Shown in pieces: positions 46,993 to 60,400 of a stretch of 64,000 nt of DNA (the stretch's first letter is position 1; the number at the start of each line of letters is the position of its first letter). Both the position numbers and the translations under genes were made by a program. The notes under the pieces are model-generated. The model did not search any database, had not been told where the DNA came from, and worked only from the letters and a program-made list of their open reading frames with translations. This DNA comes from Blastocladiella emersonii ATCC 22665 (lineage: Eukaryota; Fungi; Blastocladiomycota). The DNA is taken from NCBI GenBank assembly GCA_025594325.1, contig JANHCV010000014.1, forward strand, positions 1,178,001-1,242,000. The letters are read 5' to 3'.

Positions 46993-47930
46993 GATCTGAA
47001 GATGGTTTGTTTGAGTACCATGACAATAATCAGCGTGGCGAGTTTGATACAACCGGAACATCAGATACTATGTTGTTGGTTCGATACTGTGATTTATAGG
47101 TCCTTGCCCACCAGATCATGGGGGGTGTGCGAAGATTTGAATATGGTTTTGTTTTGGTACTATGACGATTACCTACGTGGCTGGTTTACTATATTCCCAT
47201 GGTCAGATAATTCGTTACGTCGATATTACGATTTATTGGTCCCCAACCAGCTGGACATGCAGGAAGTCAAAGACTTGAACATGGTTTTGTTTGAGTGCTC
47301 TGACAATTATCTGCGTGGCTTGTTTATTATATTCCCATGTTCAGATATTTTGTTGAGTCGATATTACGATTTATGGGTGCCTGGCTAGCTGGTCATGCGG
47401 GTGGTCAAGGATTTGAATATGGTTTTGTTTGAGTACCATGACAATTGTCGGAGTGGCTCGTTTACAATATTGCTCTGCCCAGATTCATGGTTGCTTCGAT
47501 ACTGTAATTTATAGGAGCCAGGCTAGCTGGACATGCGGGAAGTCAAAGATGTGAGTACGGTTTTGTTTGAGTTCTCTGACAATTATCTGCGTGGCTTGTT
47601 TAGTATATTCCCATGTTCAGATATTTTGTTGAGTCGATATTACGATTTATGGGTCCCCAACGAGGTGGACATGCAGGAAGTCAACAACTTGAATATGGTT
47701 TTGTTTCGGTACTATGACAATTACGTACGTGGCTGGGTTACTATATTCCCATGGTCAGATATTTTGGTGGTTCGATACTGTGATTTATGGGTTCCTGGCT
47801 AGCTGGTCATGCGGGTGGTCAAGGATTTGAATATGGTTTTGTTTGAGTACCATGAGAATCATGTACGTGGCTGGTTTGGTACATCCCAAACATCGGCTAA
47901 TTTGTTTCGTGCATGTTGCGATTTGTGGGG
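46993..47930 (+). repeat. Seven diverged 138-bp AT-rich monomers in each unit (first unit given)
   Basis: Monomer starts at 46993, 47134, 47272, 47410, 47548, 47686 and 47824 (141 bp, then exact 138-bp spacing). Conserved ATGGTTTTGTTT and CGATA(T/C)T..GATTTA boxes. Monomer 5 hand count is 57/138 = 41% GC. Confidence 0.93.
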
Positions 47931-48344
47931 GGTCGGATTGGGCCGGACGTTGGCTGCAGCAAGGTCCCTCGGTCAAAATTCGACACAGTTGCTCCCCCTC
48001 CCTCTCTGTCATGCAGATAGTGGGTGGTGGCCGACCCATCCTGACCGCGCGCGGCCCGTATGAAGGTCCGCATCCACCCATCCATCCATCCATCCATTCA
48101 TTCAACACTCACTCCATCACGCACCTTTTCACTTGTGTTGTTTGCCAGCCAGCTAGACAGCTAGCCAGGTAGCCAGGTAGCCAGATCCTGCTGCTGCTAC
48201 CTACCTACCCTGCCTCCAACAACGCCCGCCGCGTCATGAGCCAGGCAGGGCCGTGCCGCGACAAATGGCCGCGGCAGGCGTGTACGGTAATTGTACCTGT
48301 ACCATACTTTCCATGGCCGCCCCGCCACCCTGACTTGGTCCTTG

Positions 48345-48411
48345 TATGTCACTTGGTCACCTTGGTCACCTTGGTCACTTGGTCACTTGGTCACTTGGTC
48401 ACTTGGTCACT
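48345..48411 (+). repeat. (TGGTCACT)n 8-mer microsatellite in each array unit (first copy given)
   Basis: Direct reading; two extra 8-mers near 58600 and 61180. Confidence 0.9.
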
Positions 48412-51400
48412 TTGCGCGTGTGATGGTGGACGAGTGAGTCCAGGCATGCACGCACAAAAGCCCGCACGCCCACGTGTACTCCTGCCAGGAGCGCCTGGTG
48501 TGGGTCATTCACCCACCATTCAGTTAGTAGTCCCTAGCACTCCTTGGCCTTGGTACTGTCTCCTGCAGGAGGAGCCCTGCCGCGTTAGCCCTCTGCAGCC
48601 CTCTGCAGCACTCTGCAGCACTCTGTCGCCGTACGGCCGCTGCCCTGTTTGCAACGTACGTTGGCCAGGGCGAGGCAGGTGCTGTGTTGTTGCTTGCCAC
48701 TTGGCTGCCACCAAGTGCAGGCGCACCCATCGCAAAGCGTTCTGATGGACCCCGCGGCCATGAAAGCATGGGGCAGCACTGGACATGAATGAATCAAGCA
48801 ATTGATGGCACTCGGAGGGCAGGCAGGCGCACCCGTTGGCGCAAGCAGACCTGGAGGATGGATCATTCTTGAGTTCAGGAAGCCTTGCCTGCCCGCCGTT
48901 CATGCGAGCGTGTGTGTGACACCAGCGTGGCCGTTTGCGCCGTGTGCGCAGCGCGTGGTGCGTCGGGCGCTGTGCGGTGTGCGCGGTGCGCGGTGCGCGG
49001 TGTGCATCCGTCAGCGGGTGAGTGGTTTCACGCCGAGGGAGAGCGGAGCTGCTCGTAACCCTCCCTGGCCCATCATCACGCAGGACTTGGAGCTGACAGC
49101 AGAGCCGGCAGCAAGGAGGAGACCAGCCGTATATTGCCTGACGAACACCTCTCAGACCACCTACGAGATAGATAAGAGCAACTGACTGGGAGCTGGCAGG
49201 CTGGCAGTCTGCCAGGCTGCCAGGGCTCATCATTCATTCCTTTGTTTGCAGGGACGGCAACCAGAGTGTGCGGGCCCACCATGGCTTGAGATGCGGCGTG
49301 GGTGGTTGGTTGGCTGGTTGGCTGGTTGGCTGGTTGGCTGGCAGGTTGGCTGGTTGGCTGGCAGGTTGGCAGGTCTGGCAGGTTGTCTTTTGGCTCGTTG
49401 ATTGGACCGTTCGCTTTGCCGACGGGTTCAATAATTGGAGGAGGATCGAAGAGTTGGATAGTGGAGTGTGCGCAAAGTGGTAGATTTGGACATCTGCCGG
49501 TCTGGGTGCTTGCCCACCTGGACGTGAGGGTATTCGAAGGTCTGAAGATGGTTTGTTTGAGTACCATGACAATAATCAGCGTGGCGAGTTTGATACAACC
49601 GGAACATCAGATACTATGTTGTTGGTTCGATACTGTGATTTATAGGTCCTTGCCCACCAGATCATGGGGGGTGTGCGAAGATTTGAATATGGTTTTGTTT
49701 TGGTACTATGACGATTACCTACGTGGCTGGTTTACTATATTCCCATGGTCAGATAATTTGTTACGTCGATATTACGATTTATTGGTCCCCAACCAGCTGG
49801 ACATGCAGGAAGTCAAAGACTTGAACATGGTTTTGTTTGAGTGCTCTGACAATCATCTGCGTGGCTTGTTTATTATATTCCCATGTTCAGATATTTTGTT
49901 GAGTCGATATTACGATTTATGGGTGCCTGGCTAGCTGGTCATGCGGGTGGTCAAGGATTTGAATATGGTTTTGTTTGAGTACCATGACAATTGTCGGAGT
50001 GGCTCGTTTACAATATTGCTCTGCCCAGATTCATGGTTGCTTCGATACTGTAATTTATAGGAGCCAGGCTAGCTGGACATGCGGGAAGTCAAAGATGTGA
50101 GTACGGTTTTGTTTGAGTTCTCTGACAATTATCTGCGTGGCTTGTTTAGTATATTCCCATGTTCAGATATTTTGTTGAGTCGATATTACGATTTATGGGT
50201 CCCCAACGAGGTGGACATGCAGGAAGTCAACAACTTGAATATGGTTTTGTTTCGGTACTATGACAATTACGTACGTGGCTGGGTTACTATATTCCCATGG
50301 TCAGATATTTTGGTGGTTCGATACTGTGATTTATGGGTTCCTGGCTAGCTGGTCATGCGGGTGGTCAAGGATTTGAATATGGTTTTGTTTGAGTACCATG
50401 AGAATCATGTACGTGGCTGGTTTGGTACATCCCAAACATCGGCTAATTTGTTTCGTGCATGTTGCGATTTGTGGGGGGTCGGATTGGGCCGGACGTTGGC
50501 TGCAGCAAGGTCCCTCGGTCAAAATTCGACACAGTTGCTCCCCCTCCCTCTCTGTCATGCAGATAGTGGGTGGTGGCCGACCCATCCTGACCGCGCGCGG
50601 CCCGTATGAAGGTCCGCATCCACCCATCCATCCATCCATCCATTCATTCAACACTCACTCCATCACGCACCTTTTCACTTGTGTTGTTTGCCAGCCAGCT
50701 AGACAGCTAGCCAGGTAGCCAGGTAGCCAGATCCTGCTGCTGCTACCTACCTACCCTGCCTCCAACAACGCCCGCCGCGTCATGAGCCAGGCAGGGCCGT
50801 GCCGCGACAAATGGCCGCGGCAGGCGTGTACGGTAATTGTACCTGTACCATACTTTCCATGGCCGCCCCGCCACCCTGACTTGGTCCTTGTATGTCACTT
50901 GGTCACCTTGGTCACCTTGGTCACTTGGTCACTTGGTCACTTGGTCACTTGGTCACTTTGCGCGTGTGATGGTGGACGAGTGAGTCCAGGCATGCACGCA
51001 CAAAAGCCCGCACGCCCACGTGTACTCCTGCCAGGAGCGCCTGGTGTGGGTCATTCACCCACCATTCAGTTAGTAGTCCCTAGCACTCCTTGGCCTTGGT
51101 ACTGTCTCCTGCAGGAGGAGCCCTGCCGCGTTAGCCCTCTGCAGCCCTCTGCAGCACTCTGCAGCACTCTGTCGCCGTACGGCCGCTGCCCTGTTTGCAA
51201 CGTACGTTGGCCAGGGCGAGGCAGGTGCTGTGTTGTTGCTTGCCACTTGGCTGCCACCAAGTGCAGGCGCACCCATCGCAAAGCGTTCTGATGGACCCCG
51301 CGGCCATGAAAGCATGGGGCAGCACTGGACATGAATGAATCAAGCAATTGATGGCACTCGGAGGGCAGGCAGGCGCACCCGTTGGCGCAAGCAGACCTGG

Positions 51401-54400
51401 AGGATGGATCATTCTTGAGTTCAGGAAGCCTTGCCTGCCCGCCGTTCATGCGAGCGTGTGTGTGACACCAGCGTGGCCGTTTGCGCCGTGTGCGCAGCGC
51501 GTGGTGCGTCGGGCGCTGTGCGGTGTGCGCGGTGCGCGGTGCGCGGTGTGCATCCGTCAGCGGGTGAGTGGTTTCACGCCGAGGGAGAGCGGAGCTGCTC
51601 GTAACCCTCCCTGGCCCATCATCACGCAGGACTTGGAGCTGACAGCAGAGCCGGCAGCAAGGAGGAGACCAGCCGTATATTGCCTGACGAACACCTCTCA
51701 GACCACCTACGAGATAGATAAGAGCAACTGACTGGGAGCTGGCAGGCTGGCAGTCTGCCAGGCTGCCAGGGCTCATCATTCATTCCTTTGTTTGCAGGGA
51801 CGGCAACCAGAGTGTGCGGGCCCACCATGGCTTGAGATGCGGCGTGGGTGGTTGGTTGGCTGGTTGGCTGGTTGGCTGGTTGGCTGGTTGGCTGGTTGGC
51901 TGGCAGGTTGGCTGGTTGGCTGGCAGGTTGGCAGGTCTGGCAGGTTGTCTTTTGGCTCGTTGATTGGACCGTTCGCTTTGCCGACGGGTTCAATAATTGG
52001 AGGAGGATCGAAGAGTTGGATAGTGGAGTGTGCGCAAAGTGGTAGATTTGGACATCTGCCGGTCTGGGTGCTTGCCCACCTGGACGTGAGGGTATTCGAA
52101 GGTCTGAAGATGGTTTGTTTGAGTACCATGACAATAATCAGCGTGGCGAGTTTGATACAACCGGAACATCAGATACTATGTTGTTGGTTCGATACTGTGA
52201 TTTATAGGTCCTTGCCCACCAGATCATGGGGGGTGTGCGAAGATTTGAATATGGTTTTGTTTTGGTACTATGACGATTACCTACGTGGCTGGTTTACTAT
52301 ATTCCCATGGTCAGATAATTTGTTACGTCGATATTACGATTTATTGGTCCCCAACCAGCTGGACATGCAGGAAGTCAAAGACTTGAACATGGTTTTGTTT
52401 GAGTGCTCTGACAATTATCTGCGTGGCTTGTTTATTATATTCCCATGTTCAGATATTTTGTTGAGTCGATATTACGATTTATGGGTGCCTGGCTAGCTGG
52501 TCATGCGGGTGGTCAAGGATTTGAATATGGTTTTGTTTGAGTACCATGACAATTGTCGGAGTGGCTCGTTTACAATATTGCTCTGCCCAGATTCATGGTT
52601 GCTTCGATACTGTAATTTATAGGAGCCAGGCTAGCTGGACATGCGGGAAGTCAAAGATGTGAGTACGGTTTTGTTTGAGTTCTCTGACAATTATCTGCGT
52701 GGCTTGTTTAGTATATTCCCATGTTCAGATATTTTGTTGAGTCGATATTACGATTTATGGGTCCCCAACGAGGTGGACATGCAGGAAGTCAACAACTTGA
52801 ATATGGTTTTGTTTGGGTACTATGACAATTACGTACGTGGCTGGGTTACTATATTCCCATGGTCAGATACTTTGGTGGTTCGATACTGTGATTTATGGGT
52901 TCCTGGCTAGCTGGTCATGCGGGTGGTCAAGGATTTGAATATGGTTTTGTTTGAGTACCATGAGAATCATGTACGTGGCTGGTTTGGTACATCCCAAACA
53001 TCGGCTAATTTGTTTCGTGCATGTTGCGATTTGTGGGGGGTCGGATTGGGCCGGACGTTGGCTGCAGCAAGGTCCCTCGGTCAAAATTCGACACAGTTGC
53101 TCCCCCTCCCTCTCTGTCATGCAGATAGTGGGTGGTGGCCGACCCATCCTGACCGCGCGCGGCCCGTATGAAGGTCCGCATCCACCCATCCATCCATCCA
53201 TCCATTCATTCAACACTCACTCCATCACGCACCTTTTCACTTGTGTTGTTTGCCAGCCAGCTAGACAGCTAGCCAGGTAGCCAGGTAGCCAGATCCTGCT
53301 GCTGCTACCTACCTACCCTGCCTCCAACAACGCCCGCCGCGTCATGAGCCAGGCAGGGCCGTGCCGCGACAAATGGCCGCGGCAGGCGTGTACGGTAATT
53401 GTACCTGTACCATACTTTCCATGGCCGCCCCGCCACCCTGACTTGGTCCTTGTATGTCACTTGGTCACCTTGGTCACCTTGGTCACTTGGTCACTTGGTC
53501 ACTTGGTCACTTGGTCACTTTGCGCGTGTGATGGTGGACGAGTGAGTCCAGGCATGCACGCACAAAAGCCCGCACGCCCACGTGTACTCCTGCCAGGAGC
53601 GCCTGGTGTGGGTCATTCACCCACCATTCAGTTAGTAGTCCCTAGCACTCCTTGGCCTTGGTACTGTCTCCTGCAGGAGGAGCCCTGCCGCGTTAGCCCT
53701 CTGCAGCCCTCTGCAGCACTCTGCAGCACTCTGTCGCCGTACGGCCGCTGCCCTGTTTGCAACGTACGTTGGCCAGGGCGAGGCAGGTGCTGTGTTGTTG
53801 CTTGCCACTTGGCTGCCACCAAGTGCAGGCGCACCCATCGCAAAGCGTTCTGATGGACCCCGCGGCCATGAAAGCATGGGGCAGCACTGGACATGAATGA
53901 ATCAAGCAATTGATGGCACTCGGAGGGCAGGCAGGCGCACCCGTTGGCGCAAGCAGACCTGGAGGATGGATCATTCTTGAGTTCAGGAAGCCTTGCCTGC
54001 CCGCCGTTCATGCGAGCGTGTGTGTGACACCAGCGTGGCCGTTTGCGCCGTGTGCGCAGCGCGTGGTGCGTCGGGCGCTGTGCGGTGTGCGCGGTGCGCG
54101 GTGCGCGGTGTGCATCCGTCAGCGGGTGAGTGGTTTCACGCCGAGGGAGAGCGGAGCTGCTCGTAACCCTCCCTGGCCCATCATCACGCAGGACTTGGAG
54201 CTGACAGCAGAGCCGGCAGCAAGGAGGAGACCAGCCGTATATTGCCTGACGAACACCTCTCAGACCACCTACGAGATAGATAAGAGCAACTGACTGGGAG
54301 CTGGCAGGCTGGCAGTCTGCCAGGCTGCCAGGGCTCATCATTCATTCCTTTGTTTGCAGGGACGGCAACCAGAGTGTGCGGGCCCACCATGGCTTGAGAT

Positions 54401-57400
54401 GCGGCGTGGGTGGTTGGTTGGCTGGTTGGCTGGTTGGCTGGTTGGCTGGTTGGCTGGTTGGCTGGCAGGTTGGCTGGTTGGCTGGCAGGTTGGCAGGTCT
54501 GGCAGGTTGTCTTTTGGCTCGTTGATTGGACCGTTCGCTTTGCCGACGGGTTCAATAATTGGAGGAGGATCGAAGAGTTGGATAGTGGAGTGTGCGCAAA
54601 GTGGTAGATTTGGACATCTGCCGGTCTGGGTGCTTGCCCACCTGGACGTGAGGGTATTCGAAGGTCTGAAGATGGTTTGTTTGAGTACCATGACAATAAT
54701 CAGCGTGGCGAGTTTGATACAACCGGAACATCAGATACTATGTTGTTGGTTCGATACTGTGATTTATAGGTCCTTGCCCACCAGATCATGGGGGGTGTGC
54801 GAAGATTTGAATATGGTTTTGTTTTGGTACTATGACGATTACCTACGTGGCTGGTTTACTATATTCCCATGGTCAGATAATTTGTTACGTCGATATTACG
54901 ATTTATTGGTCCCCAACCAGCTGGACATGCAGGAAGTCAAAGACTTGAACATGGTTTTGTTTGAGTGCTCTGACAATTATCTGCGTGGCTTGTTTATTAT
55001 ATTCCCATGTTCAGATATTTTGTTGAGTCGATATTACGATTTATGGGTGCCTGGCTAGCTGGTCATGCGGGTGGTCAAGGATTTGAATATGGTTTTGTTT
55101 GAGTACCATGACAATTGTCGGAGTGGCTCGTTTACAATATTGCTCTGCCCAGATTCATGGTTGCTTCGATACTGTAATTTATAGGAGCCAGGCTAGCTGG
55201 ACATGCGGGAAGTCAAAGATGTGAGTACGGTTTTGTTTGAGTTCTCTGACAATTATCTGCGTGGCTTGTTTAGTATATTCCCATGTTCAGATATTTTGTT
55301 GAGTCGATATTACGATTTATGGGTCCCCAACGAGGTGGACATGCAGGAAGTCAACAACTTGAATATGGTTTTGTTTGGGTACTATGACAATTACGTACGT
55401 GGCTGGGTTACTATATTCCCATGGTCAGATATTTTGGTGGTTCGATACTGTGATTTATGGGTTCCTGGCTAGCTGGTCATGCGGGTGGTCAAGGATTTGA
55501 ATATGGTTTTGTTTGAGTACCATGAGAATCATGTACGTGGCTGGTTTGGTACATCCCAAACATCGGCTAATTTGTTTCGTGCATGTTGCGATTTGTGGGG
55601 GGTCGGATTGGGCCGGACGTTGGCTGCAGCAAGGTCCCTCGGTCAAAATTCGACACAGTTGCTCCCCCTCCCTCTCTGTCATGCAGATAGTGGGTGGTGG
55701 CCGACCCATCCTGACCGCGCGCGGCCCGTATGAAGGTCCGCATCCACCCATCCATCCATCCATCCATTCATTCAACACTCACTCCATCACGCACCTTTTC
55801 ACTTGTGTTGTTTGCCAGCCAGCTAGACAGCTAGCCAGGTAGCCAGGTAGCCAGATCCTGCTGCTGCTACCTACCTACCCTGCCTCCAACAACGCCCGCC
55901 GCGTCATGAGCCAGGCAGGGCCGTGCCGCGACAAATGGCCGCGGCAGGCGTGTACGGTAATTGTACCTGTACCATACTTTCCATGGCCGCCCCGCCACCC
56001 TGACTTGGTCCTTGTATGTCACTTGGTCACCTTGGTCACCTTGGTCACTTGGTCACTTGGTCACTTGGTCACTTGGTCACTTTGCGCGTGTGATGGTGGA
56101 CGAGTGAGTCCAGGCATGCACGCACAAAAGCCCGCACGCCCACGTGTACTCCTGCCAGGAGCGCCTGGTGTGGGTCATTCACCCACCATTCAGTTAGTAG
56201 TCCCTAGCACTCCTTGGCCTTGGTACTGTCTCCTGCAGGAGGAGCCCTGCCGCGTTAGCCCTCTGCAGCCCTCTGCAGCACTCTGCAGCACTCTGTCGCC
56301 GTACGGCCGCTGCCCTGTTTGCAACGTACGTTGGCCAGGGCGAGGCAGGTGCTGTGTTGTTGCTTGCCACTTGGCTGCCACCAAGTGCAGGCGCACCCAT
56401 CGCAAAGCGTTCTGATGGACCCCGCGGCCATGAAAGCATGGGGCAGCACTGGACATGAATGAATCAAGCAATTGATGGCACTCGGAGGGCAGGCAGGCGC
56501 ACCCGTTGGCGCAAGCAGACCTGGAGGATGGATCATTCTTGAGTTCAGGAAGCCTTGCCTGCCCGCCGTTCATGCGAGCGTGTGTGTGACACCAGCGTGG
56601 CCGTTTGCGCCGTGTGCGCAGCGCGTGGTGCGTCGGGCGCTGTGCGGTGTGCGCGGTGCGCGGTGCGCGGTGTGCATCCGTCAGCGGGTGAGTGGTTTCA
56701 CGCCGAGGGAGAGCGGAGCTGCTCGTAACCCTCCCTGGCCCATCATCACGCAGGACTTGGAGCTGACAGCAGAGCCGGCAGCAAGGAGGAGACCAGCCGT
56801 ATATTGCCTGACGAACACCTCTCAGACCACCTACGAGATAGATAAGAGCAACTGACTGGGAGCTGGCAGGCTGGCAGTCTGCCAGGCTGCCAGGGCTCAT
56901 CATTCATTCCTTTGTTTGCAGGGACGGCAACCAGAGTGTGCGGGCCCACCATGGCTTGAGATGCGGCGTGGGTGGTTGGTTGGCTGGTTGGCTGGTTGGC
57001 TGGTTGGCTGGTTGGCTGGTTGGCTGGCAGGTTGGCTGGTTGGCTGGCAGGTTGGCAGGTCTGGCAGGTTGTCTTTTGGCTCGTTGATTGGACCGTTCGC
57101 TTTGCCGACGGGTTCAATAATTGGAGGAGGATCGAAGAGTTGGATAGTGGAGTGTGCGCAAAGTGGTAGATTTGGACATCTGCCGGTCTGGGTGCTTGCC
57201 CACCTGGACGTGAGGGTATTCGAAGGTCTGAAGATGGTTTGTTTGAGTACCATGACAATAATCAGCGTGGCGAGTTTGATACAACCGGAACATCAGATAC
57301 TATGTTGTTGGTTCGATACTGTGATTTATAGGTCCTTGCCCACCAGATCATGGGGGGTGTGCGAAGATTTGAATATGGTTTTGTTTTGGTACTATGACGA

Positions 57401-60400
57401 TTACCTACGTGGCTGGTTTACTATATTCCCATGGTCAGATAATTTGTTACGTCGATATTACGATTTATTGGTCCCCAACCAGCTGGACATGCAGGAAGTC
57501 AAAGACTTGAACATGGTTTTGTTTGAGTGCTCTGACAATTATCTGCGTGGCTTGTTTATTATATTCCCATGTTCAGATATTTTGTTGAGTCGATATTACG
57601 ATTTATGGGTGCCTGGCTAGCTGGTCATGCGGGTGGTCAAGGATTTGAATATGGTTTTGTTTGAGTACCATGACAATTGTCGGAGTGGCTCGTTTACAAT
57701 ATTGCTCTGCCCAGATTCATGGTTGCTTCGATACTGTAATTTATAGGAGCCAGGCTAGCTGGACATGCGGGAAGTCAAAGATGTGAGTACGGTTTTGTTT
57801 GAGTTCTCTGACAATTATCTGCGTGGCTTGTTTAGTATATTCCCATGTTCAGATATTTTGTTGAGTCGATATTACGATTTATGGGTCCCCAACGAGGTGG
57901 ACATGCAGGAAGTCAACAACTTGAATATGGTTTTGTTTGGGTACTATGACAATTACGTACGTGGCTGGGTTACTATATTCCCATGGTCAGATATTTTGGT
58001 GGTTCGATACTGTGATTTATGGGTTCCTGGCTAGCTGGTCATGCGGGTGGTCAAGGATTTGAATATGGTTTTGTTTGAGTACCATGAGAATCATGTACGT
58101 GGCTGGTTTGGTACATCCCAAACATCGGCTAATTTGTTTCGTGCATGTTGCGATTTGTGGGGGGTCGGATTGGGCCGGACGTTGGCTGCAGCAAGGTCCC
58201 TCGGTCAAAATTCGACACAGTTGCTCCCCCTCCCTCTCTGTCATGCAGATAGTGGGTGGTGGCCGACCCATCCTGACCGCGCGCGGCCCGTATGAAGGTC
58301 CGCATCCACCCATCCATCCATCCATCCATTCATTCAACACTCACTCCATCACGCACCTTTTCACTTGTGTTGTTTGCCAGCCAGCTAGACAGCTAGCCAG
58401 GTAGCCAGGTAGCCAGATCCTGCTGCTGCTACCTACCTACCCTGCCTCCAACAACGCCCGCCGCGTCATGAGCCAGGCAGGGCCGTGCCGCGACAAATGG
58501 CCGCGGCAGGCGTGTACGGTAATTGTACCTGTACCATACTTTCCATGGCCGCCCCGCCACCCTGACTTGGTCCTTGTATGTCACTTGGTCACCTTGGTCA
58601 CCTTAGTCACTTGGTCACTTGGTCACTTGGTCACTTGGTCACTTGGTCACTTGGTCACTTTGCGCGTGTGATGGTGGACGAGTGAGTCCAGGCATGCACG
58701 CACAAAAGCCCGCACGCCCACGTGTACTCCTGCCAGGAGCGCCTGGTGTGGGTCATTCACCCACCATTCAGTTAGTAGTCCCTAGCACTCCTTGGCCTTG
58801 GTACTGTCTCCTGCAGGAGGAGCCCTGCCGCGTTAGCCCTCTGCAGCCCTCTGCAGCACTCTGCAGCACTCTGTCGCCGTACGGCCGCTGCCCTGTTTGC
58901 AACGTACGTTGGCCAGGGCGAGGCAGGTGCTGTGTTGTTGCTTGCCACTTGGCTGCCACCAAGTGCAGGCGCACCCATCGCAAAGCGTTCTGATGGACCC
59001 CGCGGCCATGAAAGCATGGGGCAGCACTGGACATGAATGAATCAAGCAATTGATGGCACTCGGAGGGCAGGCAGGCGCACCCGTTGGCGCAAGCAGACCT
59101 GGAGGATGGATCATTCTTGAGTTCAGGAAGCCTTGCCTGCCCGCCGTTCATGCGAGCGTGTGTGTGACACCAGCGTGGCCGTTTGCGCCGTGTGCGCAGC
59201 GCGTGGTGCGTCGGGCGCTGTGCGGTGTGCGCGGTGCGCGGTGCGCGGTGTGCATCCGTCAGCGGGTGAGTGGTTTCACGCCGAGGGAGAGCGGAGCTGC
59301 TCGTAACCCTCCCTGGCCCATCATCACGCAGGACTTGGAGCTGACAGCAGAGCCGGCAGCAAGGAGGAGACCAGCCGTATATTGCCTGACGAACACCTCT
59401 CAGACCACCTACGAGATAGATAAGAGCAACTGACTGGGAGCTGGCAGGCTGGCAGTCTGCCAGGCTGCCAGGGCTCATCATTCATTCCTTTGTTTGCAGG
59501 GACGGCAACCAGAGTGTGCGGGCCCACCATGGCTTGAGATGCGGCGTGGGTGGTTGGTTGGCTGGTTGGCTGGTTGGCTGGTTGGCTGGTTGGCTGGTTG
59601 GCTGGCAGGTTGGCTGGTTGGCTGGCAGGTTGGCAGGTCTGGCAGGTTGTCTTTTGGCTCGTTGATTGGACCGTTCGCTTTGCCGACGGGTTCAATAATT
59701 GGAGGAGGATCGAAGAGTTGGATAGTGGAGTGTGCGCAAAGTGGTAGATTTGGACATCTGCCGGTCTGGGTGCTTGCCCACCTGGACGTGAGGGTATTCG
59801 AAGGTCTGAAGATGGTTTGTTTGAGTACCATGACAATAATCAGCGTGGCGAGTTTGATACAACCGGAACATCAGATACTATGTTGTTGGTTCGATACTGT
59901 GATTTATAGGTCCTTGCCCACCAGATCATGGGGGGTGTGCGAAGATTTGAATATGGTTTTGTTTTGGTACTATGACGATTACCTACGTGGCTGGTTTACT
60001 ATATTCCCATGGTCAGATAATTTGTTACGTCGATATTACGATTTATTGGTCCCCAACCAGCTGGACATGCAGGAAGTCAAAGACTTGAACATGGTTTTGT
60101 TTGAGTGCTCTGACAATTATCTGCGTGGCTTGTTTATTATATTCCCATGTTCAGATATTTTGTTGAGTCGATATTACGATTTATGGGTGCCTGGCTAGCT
60201 GGTCATGCGGGTGGTCAAGGATTTGAATATGGTTTTGTTTGAGTACCATGACAATTGTCGGAGTGGCTCGTTTACAATATTGCTCTGCCCAGATTCATGG
60301 TTGCTTCGATACTGTAATTTATAGGAGCCAGGCTAGCTGGACATGCGGGAAGTCAAAGATGTGAGTACGGTTTTGTTTGAGTTCTCTGACAATTATCTGC

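Noticed and set aside
46684-47930. Array ORFs (234, 89, 84 aa and others) as a 46-aa repeat protein
   Set aside because: Monomer differences are mostly non-synonymous, TAG stops interrupt several monomers, monomer 1 has frameshifting indels, and all minus frames contain stops. The GWLVGWLA text is just a translated microsatellite.
46993-47930. CRISPR-like repeat-spacer array
   Set aside because: Monomers are homologous along their whole length with no unique spacers, and no cas genes are present in this eukaryotic context.
48740-48775. Hammerhead-like ctgatgg...gaaa in each array unit (retrozyme idea)
   Set aside because: The core is CUGAUGG, not CUGANGA, and helix II/III geometry cannot be built.
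48236-48800. Small spliced gene in the GC-rich part of each unit (GTAATT, GTACGT donors; CTGCAG acceptors)
   Set aside because: The assembled peptide is short, low-complexity and has no recognisable motif; it cannot be supported without RNA data.
46350-48910. 5S rRNA, tRNA or snRNA gene as the repeated unit
   Set aside because: Only short chance matches (GTTAGTAGT, GGTTCGATAC, ATACTTTCC) without the surrounding 5S, cloverleaf or U1 sequence.
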